DNA of 24,000 nucleotides from Alkalihalobacillus sp. BA299 (GTDB lineage Bacteria; Bacillota; Bacilli; Bacillales; Bacillaceae_F): NCBI RefSeq assembly GCF_017745675.1, contig NZ_JAFLJM010000005.1, positions 265,324 to 289,323 of the forward strand, read 5' to 3'. Shown piece by piece: positions 15,006 to 24,000 of this stretch (position 1 is its first letter; each line of letters starts with the position of its first letter). The notes under the pieces were generated by a model. It saw only the letters and a program-made list of their open reading frames with translations, ran no database searches and was not told where the DNA came from. The position numbers and the translations under genes were made by a program.

Positions 15006-15492
15006 ATGAAAGGTACTAAGAACTCGGACCAGAAGGTGAATCTAAAAGACAACCTTGTTTCTGCAATGGGTGGGCTAATAGCCATGTGTATAATCAGTTT
15101 GATTGCGGTTCCATTTGGATTTCCAATGGTTCTTGGTCCAATAGGGGCGAGCTGTCTACTTGTATTTGCAGCTCATGCCAGTCCATTTTCTCAACCGCGT
15201 CACATATTAGGCGGGCATTTCATTTCAACGATCGTTGCCTTATCAATATGGGATATTTTAGAAAAACGCATTTAAAACGATTGGGCTTACACTGGCAGCA
15301 GTGTTATTTTTGATGGTAATCTCAAAGCTTCTTCACCCACCAGCAGCGGCAAGTGCTATTGTAGTTATTAATACAGAGGCTGGTTGGGGCTTTTTGTTAA
15401 CGATATGTATAAGTGCTTTACTACTAATCGCTATTTCTGTTATTTATAATAATTTGTTCAAAGATCGACAATACCCTAAACAGGGGGTGTAA
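15006..15492 (+). pseudogene. HPP-family membrane protein, frameshifted (two ORFs 15006-15275 and 15301-15492)
   Basis: The first ORF has PIGASCLLVFAAHASPFSQPRHILGGHFIS. The second has the eponymous LLHPPAAASAIVV. Removing one A from the A5 run at 15262-15266 gives a continuous ..WDILENAFKTIGLTLAAVLFLMVISKLLHPP... There is no SD before 15006. Confidence 0.6.
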
Positions 15493-15498
15493 ATAGAA

Positions 15499-15683
15499 GG
15501 CTCTTTTCTCAAAGATTGTTGCTTTTAGCTTTTGGACCGTAAGCCAAGCGGATGCTTGGCTCTTCACGTATAGCGTGAAGGTTTTGAAAATAAAATAGCC
15601 GTTCAGACAAATGAATTTGTCTTGAGAAGGCTATTTTATTTTCAAAAAACGGTCCAAAAGCAACAAAGTTTACGAAAACAGCC
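15499..15683 (+). mobile_element. MITE-like element, copy 2 (185 bp)
   Basis: Same element as 2532-2717, in the same orientation. It is flanked by AAATAGAA (15491-15498) and AATTAGAA (15684-15691), an 8-bp duplication with one mismatch. Confidence 0.85.
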
Positions 15684-15707
15684 AATTAGAATGAGGGGGA
15701 TGCCGGA

Positions 15708-16712
15708 GTGGGTGAAAATAAAACCGGTTTACGATTACTTTTATTAAAAAAAATCTTCCTTAGAGATACGGATGAACATCATGAGCTGTCGATCAAACAA
15801 TTAGTTGAAAAGCTGGATGTAGAACTTGGCTTAGAAGGAAGCGTCGAACAAAAAGCAGTGAAAAGATATATTAATACTCTAAGAGCTTCAGGATTTGAGG
15901 TCATCGAAAATGTCGAGAAGTTCGGGGAAATTTTTTATAGTCATCAAGATCGGTTATTTGAAAACTATCAATTAAGACTACTTATTGATCCGATTCTATC
16001 TGCACGATTTATAACTGAAGAAGAAAAAAAGCATCTTGTCATCAATCTTAAAAAGCTGACGAGTAAACATACGGCGAAAAGTCTACCTGACCCGATCGTC
16101 TACCATCAATCGATTAATAGTGATTATCAATTAATAAAGGTACATATTGACACCATTCATACCGCAATCTTTGAAAAGAAAATGATTACGTTCCAATATG
16201 GAGATTTTACGATCGATAAAGTGTTTCAATTGCGACATGGTGGTGCCTCCTATCAGGTTGAGCCACATGCTCTCATTTGGGAGTCCAACTTTTATTACTT
16301 AATCGGCGACGATATTAAGTACAACAAAGCAAAAAATCCACGAAACTATCGCTTAGATCGGATGAGGAATGTCAAGATAACAGACGAAAAATTTATAGAA
16401 AAAACGAGAGATCTTAGCACATATGTGCAAAATTCTTTTCATATGTTTGGTGGACAAGACGACTGGATCATGCTTCAATTTAAGCTCGATCAAAATGTAG
16501 TAAACGGCGTCATTGATAAGTTTGGAATTGAAGCAGATTTAAGACAAGCCGATGAACAAACTTTTATCTTGAAAGCAAAAGCCAAAATTAGTGCAGGCTT
16601 AAAAGGCTGGATCCTTACATGGGGTAGTAAAGTGAAGGTGATTTCACCACCATCACTTGTAGCAGAGATTAGAGAAGAGACACGGAAAATAATAGAAAGG
16701 TATGAGGAGTAG
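15708..16712 (+). CDS. HTH + WYL-domain transcriptional regulator
   Basis: GTG start 7 nt after GAGGGGGA. The N-terminal wHTH is ELSIKQLVEKL....AVKRYINTLRASGFEV. The central region ITFQYGDF....YQVEPHALIWESNFYYLIGDD......RNYRLDRMRNVKITDEKF is the WYL domain pattern. A C-terminal extension follows. Confidence 0.8.
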   Translation: MGENKTGLRLLLLKKIFLRDTDEHHELSIKQLVEKLDVELGLEGSVEQKAVKRYINTLRASGFEVIENVEKFGEIFYSHQDRLFENYQLRLLIDPILSARFITEEEKKHLVINLKKLTSKHTAKSLPDPIVYHQSINSDYQLIKVHIDTIHTAIFEKKMITFQYGDFTIDKVFQLRHGGASYQVEPHALIWESNFYYLIGDDIKYNKAKNPRNYRLDRMRNVKITDEKFIEKTRDLSTYVQNSFHMFGGQDDWIMLQFKLDQNVVNGVIDKFGIEADLRQADEQTFILKAKAKISAGLKGWILTWGSKVKVISPPSLVAEIREETRKIIERYEE

Positions 16713-16805
16713 GGTGTACTGAGAATGGTGCATCTTTGGAGTGATTGCGTTAGCGGTAACAGTAGGTTCTTCTTGTATGATTTATTAAAAACTTTAAAAG
16801 AGTGG

Positions 16806-16834
16806 TTGCATATTTGGAAAACATGCTGTAAGAT
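16806..16834 (+). promoter_or_regulatory. SigA-type promoter candidate for the licT-bglPH operon
   Basis: TTGCAT (16806-16811), a 17-nt spacer, then TAAGAT (16829-16834). It lies just upstream of the first RAT element. Confidence 0.4.
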
Positions 16835-16836
16835 AT

Positions 16837-16851
16837 AAGAAAGCGTATACA
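16837..16851 (+). promoter_or_regulatory. Candidate catabolite-responsive element (cre)
   Basis: AAGAAAGCGTATACA matches WTGNAANCGNWNNCW at all specified positions but one. It sits between the promoter and the RAT, as expected for a CcpA-repressed bgl operon. Confidence 0.35.
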
Positions 16852-16865
16852 GAACGGGTTGTTAC

Positions 16866-16929
16866 TGTTAGATCAGGCAAAACCGATTACTTGCTAAAAG
16901 TATGGTTTTGTCTTTTTTGTGATTGGAGG
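16866..16929 (+). promoter_or_regulatory. RAT (ribonucleic antiterminator) overlapping an intrinsic terminator, upstream of licT
   Basis: GGGTTGTTACTGTTAGATCAGGCAAAACC resembles the BglG/LicT RAT consensus GGATTGTTACTG...CAGGCAAAACC. CAAAACC (16888-16894) also pairs with GGTTTTG (16914-16920), followed by TCTTTTTT. Confidence 0.75.
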
Positions 16930-16936
16930 TGAAAAA

Positions 16937-17767
16937 GTGAAGATTGAAAAAATCTTAAACAACAATGTAATAGTCTCAATTAAGGACAAGCAAGAGGTTA
17001 TCGTCATGGGTCGTGGTATTGCATATAATAAGCGGACTGGTGATGATATAAACGAAGAACAAATTGAGAAGATCTTCACTTTGGAAGATGCAGATATCAC
17101 AAAGAAATTTAAGACGTTAATCGCTGACATTCCAATGGAATATATGGAATTGTCAGAAAGAATTATTAATTACGCAAAAATCCATCTTGGAAAGAAGCTA
17201 AATGATAGTATTTATATTTCTTTAACCGATCATATTCATTTTGCGATTGAGCGTTATAAAAATAATTTACCAATTAAAAATGGACTGCTTTGGGAGACTA
17301 AACACCTCTATAAAGAAGAGTTTGAAATTGGGATGGAAGCATTAAATATGATTTGTGAACAGTTTAATGTAATTTTACCCGAAGATGAGGCGGCTTTCAT
17401 AGCTCTCCATATTGTGAATGCTCAGTTGAATGAAGATATGACAAATATTGTAGATATGACGAAGGTGATTCAAGATATATTAACGATCGTTAAATACCAT
17501 TTTAGGATGGAATTTGATGAAAGCTCGTTAAATTATTACCGTTTTATTACGCATTTGAAATTTTTCGCTCACAGATTAGTTAAAGGAAATCATTATAATA
17601 ATGAACCCGAGGACGATCTCTTAAACGTCATTAAAAATAAGTACCCTGAAGCGAATAAATGCTCAGAAAAAATAAGAAAATTTGTAGAAAAACAGTATCA
17701 TTATGAGTTAACCGATGAAGAAATGCTCTATTTAACGATTCATATTGAAAGAGTTGTAAAAAAATAA
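16937..17767 (+). CDS. licT: BglG/LicT-family PRD-containing transcription antiterminator
   Basis: Preferred start is GTG 16937, after GGAGGTG, giving 276 aa. The CAT domain is VKIEKILNNNVIVSIKD.QEVIVMGRGIAYNKR.GD, followed by two PRD regions (..ALHI.., ..LTIHIERV..). Confidence 0.9.
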   Translation: MKIEKILNNNVIVSIKDKQEVIVMGRGIAYNKRTGDDINEEQIEKIFTLEDADITKKFKTLIADIPMEYMELSERIINYAKIHLGKKLNDSIYISLTDHIHFAIERYKNNLPIKNGLLWETKHLYKEEFEIGMEALNMICEQFNVILPEDEAAFIALHIVNAQLNEDMTNIVDMTKVIQDILTIVKYHFRMEFDESSLNYYRFITHLKFFAHRLVKGNHYNNEPEDDLLNVIKNKYPEANKCSEKIRKFVEKQYHYELTDEEMLYLTIHIERVVKK

Positions 17768-17784
17768 AATAAAATTCTGTTTTA

Positions 17785-17853
17785 GGATTGTAACTGACAA
17801 GGCAAAACCTAAATTGAACTTTCGCGAATGAAAGTTTCAATTTAGGTTTTTTT
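17785..17853 (+). promoter_or_regulatory. Second RAT/terminator switch between licT and bglP
   Basis: GGATTGTAACTGACAAGGCAAAACCTAAA (RAT) overlaps the left arm of AAACCTAAATTGAACTTTC...GAAAGTTTCAATTTAGGTTT, which is followed by T7. Confidence 0.8.
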
Positions 17854-17956
17854 CTTTGAAGGGAGGGATTATTATTGAATATCGCCATGAAGTAAATACT
17901 TTTAAAGAGTTGAATTATACAGTAATTATTATTAAAACTATTTCTACACAACATGA

Positions 17957-19822
<1,866 letters not shown>

Positions 19823-19830
19823 GTTTATCA

Positions 19831-19865
19831 AAGGGGAAATAATGCTTCACCTTTCCCCTTTTTTA
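19831..19865 (+). terminator. Hairpin + T-run between bglP and bglH (possible partial terminator or processing site)
   Basis: AAGGGGAAA (19831-19839) pairs with TTTCCCCTT (19852-19860), then TTTT. Confidence 0.4.
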
Positions 19866-19898
19866 CAAAATATAAAGAATATGGTTTAGGAGGAATAA

Positions 19899-21344
<1,446 letters not shown>

Positions 21345-21465
21345 ATCTTTTAATATGATTAAGGGGCTAAGATCTACCTCCAGTACTTTAAGAAATTCAT
21401 CATTCTTTTGAGATTTATTACTCAAAAGAAGGCATCTGCTTAAAACAATGTGAAAGTTGCTGAAA

Positions 21466-21499
21466 GGATTCTCTTCGTGAGCGGAGAGGGTCCTTTTTT
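21466..21499 (+). terminator. Rho-independent terminator of the bgl operon
   Basis: GGATTCTCT pairs with AGAGGGTCC, 9 bp with two G-U, followed by TTTTTT. Confidence 0.6.
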
Positions 21500-21683
21500 A
21501 TTGTATGGTAAGATATTATAATTAGAAGAGCTTCCCTTATCTGTTTGCCTATTTCGAGTTTTTAAGCGTTTTACTCTTCATGTTGGTAAAACTCGACCTG
21601 ATATGGGTGAAGGGTGTAAAGAAAAAATAGACTATAAATTTATAAAGTTCATCTGCAGCACGTACTTTCCTCGAAAGAAAAAA

Positions 21684-21794
21684 ATGAAAGTCTAGATACC
21701 TTTTAATTATCGAAAAATCAAGCAGGATATTGAAAATGGTGCTTTAACACCAGGGCAACAATTACCATCGATAGTTGATAATTTTACCGGTTAG
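21684..21794 (+). pseudogene. Remnant of the N-terminus of a GntR-family regulator
   Basis: MKV*IPFNYRKIKQDIENGALTPGQQLPSIVDNFTG*. The ..Y..IK..I..G.L.PG..LPS.. motif is the start of the GntR wHTH. It is interrupted by an in-frame TAG at the 4th codon and ends after about 36 codons. Confidence 0.35.
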
Positions 21795-22157
21795 GTTTTT
21801 TTATGAATAAGGGTTTACGAATAAGTGAAAATGTATTAAGATAAACTTAGTCGACAAGAGGTCAGACATCATACGTCATACAAGGATTAATAGAAGAGGT
21901 TTTGTAAAAAAATGGGTTGGTTTCTTAAATGGAAATATTAACTTATTTTTTTGATGTAATGATAGATAAAAAGAAGGAGGTCTATAGGTTATCAATAAAA
22001 TTGATAGAACTACTCTATGAATTAAAAGAGCAAGTAACTCAATTATTATAAAGCCTTCATTTACTATTGCATTAATTGTAAGCGTTTTAATAAAGTTCTT
22101 ATCATTCATTATTTTTAGAAATTTAAAAAGTTAAATACAGGAGAGAGGGTCGTGGTT

Positions 22158-23378
22158 ATGAATTTATTATGGGGTATTTTAGGAATTATTACTGTTTTTG
22201 CAATTGCGTTTCTATTTTCAACTAATCGAAAAGCTATTAATCTACGAACGATTATAGGTGGTTTAATTATTCAGTTATCATTTGCTTTTATCGTTTTAAA
22301 ATGGGATGCAGGGCAAGCTGCTCTTCAATGGTTAACGATGCGAGTGACGGATGTTATAAATTATGCAAATGAAGGGGTCAATTTTCTTTTCGGAGGCTTG
22401 TTTGTAGAAGAAGCTAATGTTGGATTTATCTTTGCATTCCAAGTGTTAACGGTTATTATCTTCTTTTCTTCATTAATATCAGTGCTTTATTATATCGGTG
22501 TCATGCAATGGTTAATTAAGCTACTTGGAGGAGCACTTTCTAAAGCACTAGGGACTAGTAAGGCTGAATCGATGTCAGCAGCTGCTAACATTTTTGTTGG
22601 ACAAACTGAAGCACCACTTGTTGTTCGTCCTTATTTAAATAAAATGACAAAGTCAGAACTATTTGCTGTAATGACAGGTGGACTTGCATCTGTTGCTGGT
22701 TCTGTATTAATCGGATATTCATTATTGGGAGTCCCACTTGAGTATTTATTAGCAGCGAGCTTCATGGCTGCACCTGCTGGCTTAATTATGGCAAAAATGA
22801 TTATTCCTGAAACTGAAAAATCAAAAACATCGGATGAAATTATTATTGAGCGAGATAAAGAATCAGCAAATGTAATTGATGCTGCGGCACGTGGAGCGGG
22901 TGTTGGGTTACAACTAGCACTAAATGTTGGTGCTATGCTTCTTGCGTTTATTGCTTTAATCGCATTAATTAACGGATTGCTAAGCGGTATTGGTGGTTGG
23001 TTTGGCTTTGAAGGCATTACGTTGCAGTCCATTCTCGGAATACTTTTTGCACCAATTGCATTTGCTATCGGTGTTCCTTGGTCAGAAGCAGTTGCGGCTG
23101 GGAGTTATATTGGACAAAAGCTCATCTTAAATGAGTTCGTGGCTTATGCTGCGTTTGCACCAGATATTCCACAATTGACAGATAAAACGGTAGCAGTCAT
23201 TAGCTTTGCACTATGTGGATTTGCTAATATCAGCTCTTTAGCTATTCTTTTAGGGGGACTTGGTGGACTTGCTCCAGAGCGACGTAGTGATATTGCACGT
23301 TTAGGTTTACGAGCTGTTTTAGCAGGATCTCTTGCATCTTTATTAAGTGCAGCTATTGCTGGTATGATGATATTTTAA
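22158..23378 (+). CDS. nupC: NupC-family concentrative nucleoside transporter
   Basis: Preferred start is ATG 22158 (the track start GTG 22152 is also possible), after GGAGAGAGGG. Typical CNT sequence is present: ..[52 protein letters not shown].. Confidence 0.9.
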   Translation: MNLLWGILGIITVFAIAFLFSTNRKAINLRTIIGGLIIQLSFAFIVLKWDAGQAALQWLTMRVTDVINYANEGVNFLFGGLFVEEANVGFIFAFQVLTVIIFFSSLISVLYYIGVMQWLIKLLGGALSKALGTSKAESMSAAANIFVGQTEAPLVVRPYLNKMTKSELFAVMTGGLASVAGSVLIGYSLLGVPLEYLLAASFMAAPAGLIMAKMIIPETEKSKTSDEIIIERDKESANVIDAAARGAGVGLQLALNVGAMLLAFIALIALINGLLSGIGGWFGFEGITLQSILGILFAPIAFAIGVPWSEAVAAGSYIGQKLILNEFVAYAAFAPDIPQLTDKTVAVISFALCGFANISSLAILLGGLGGLAPERRSDIARLGLRAVLAGSLASLLSAAIAGMMIF

Positions 23379-23438
23379 ATGATGTAAAAGTGTTAGCGTT
23401 ATACTGTCTTACAGTTTTAGCGCTAGCTCTTATTCATA

Positions 23439-23623
23439 GGCTGTTTTCGTAGACTTTGTTGCTTTTGGACCGTTTTTTGAAAATAAAATAGCCTTTTCAA
23501 GACAAATTCATTTGTCTGATCGGCTATTTTATTTTCAAAACCTTCACGCTATGCGTGAAGAGCCAAGCATCCGCTTGGCTTACGGTTCAAAAGCTAAAAG
23601 CAACAATCTTTGAGAAAAGAGCC
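23439..23623 (-). mobile_element. MITE-like element, copy 3 (185 bp, inverted orientation)
   Basis: It is the reverse complement of the 15499-15683 element, with 5 substitutions by my manual alignment. It is flanked by the identical 8-bp direct repeat TATTCATA (23431-23438 and 23624-23631). Confidence 0.85.
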
Positions 23624-23696
23624 TATTCATAAAAGGATACTATGCTTGAACAAAGGGATATAAAAATATAAATGATTAAGGGAGAGTTCGATTTTA

Positions 23697-23858
23697 ATGA
23701 AGGAATTATTGTTGAGTGTATTAGCAGGGGTTATTATCGGTATTGTATTTAAAGTAATCCGCCTTCCACTACCAGCACCACCCGTTTTAGCAGGGGTCCT
23801 TGCTGTGTTTGGAGTGTATGCAGGAGGAATGATTGCTAGCTGGTTATTTAGAATATAA
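23697..23858 (+). CDS. XapX-domain (DUF1427-like) small membrane protein, 53 aa; absent from the ORF track
   Basis: MKELLLSVLAGVIIGIVFKVIRLPLPAPPVLAGVLAVFGVYAGGMIASWLFRI. The pattern ..LL.S...G...G.....++.P.PAPP..AG matches XapX-like proteins as I recall them. SD AAGGGAGAG lies upstream and a terminator downstream. Confidence 0.6.
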   Translation: MKELLLSVLAGVIIGIVFKVIRLPLPAPPVLAGVLAVFGVYAGGMIASWLFRI

Positions 23859-23906
23859 CACTTCTGAACACCAGTCGAGTTAAGAAGCCAACAAAAAATT
23901 AGTAAA

Positions 23907-23944
23907 AAGACTAGGACACAATTTTAAACTCCTAGTCTTTTTTA
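23907..23944. terminator. Bidirectional terminator
   Basis: AAGACTAGGA (23907-23916) pairs with TCCTAGTCTT (23930-23939), with an A-run before it and a T-run after it. A short open minus-strand frame entering from the right edge ends at 23958, consistent with a convergent gene. Confidence 0.65.
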
Positions 23945-24000
23945 CAAATAACTGTGGCTATTGATGTATGGGAGTTCGGTGTTTGCTCATGTGCTCTAAC

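Noticed and set aside
21404-21428. 8-bp hairpin CTTTTGAG-ATTTATTA-CTCAAAAG after bglH
   Set aside because: No U-tract follows on either strand, and a better terminator lies at 21466-21499. It is probably incidental.
21876-22109. 77-aa minus-strand ORF, and a 30-codon plus-strand frame (MIDKKKEVYRLSIKLIELLYELKEQVTQLL) in the gap upstream of nupC
   Set aside because: Neither has an SD at proper spacing. They have no family resemblance I can defend, and the region is AT-rich, where random ORFs are expected. The faint Spo0E-like feel of the short frame is not enough.

Overview
The window looks like a low-GC Firmicute (Bacillaceae-like) chromosomal segment, mostly housekeeping and accessory metabolism. 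Calls come from reading the ORF translations and intergenic sequence by eye; no searches were run.

Gene order, left to right:
- acyl-CoA dehydrogenase 3' end, DUF3870 protein, TraB-family protein
- a Dam-family (D12 class) N6-adenine DNA methyltransferase, a divergent MarR-GNAT fusion regulator, and a winged-helix + DUF3883 (PD-(D/E)xK) nuclease-like protein
- a YjcZ-like micro-ORF, two damaged DUF421 genes, a membrane protein, an EamA transporter, a DUF3231 protein
- a secreted lamin-tail-domain + double-HKD phospholipase-D-superfamily protein, a small group-III-like phospholipase A2 domain protein, a His/Tyr-rich coat-like protein
- gene remnants: EAL tail, a truncated and frameshifted DmpA/P1 peptidase, a frameshifted HPP protein
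- a WYL-domain regulator
- a complete licT-bglP-bglH beta-glucoside operon with two RAT/terminator switches
- a GntR remnant, nupC, and a XapX-like micro-protein

Most striking unannotated signal: a 185-186 bp highly structured MITE-like element in three copies (2532-2717, 15499-15683, and inverted at 23439-23623). Each copy has imperfect terminal inverted repeats and an 8-bp target-site duplication. Each sits just downstream of a stop codon.

Other leads:
- a possible methyltransferase/DUF3883 restriction-like islet
- a bee-venom-type PLA2 catalytic signature in a bacterial 96-aa protein, next to a secreted PLD-superfamily protein
- an unusual concentration of decayed genes, three of them broken by +/-1 indels at short homopolymers
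- an unexplained structured leader with a G7/C7 hairpin

No tRNA, rRNA, CRISPR array, transposase or integrase was seen.
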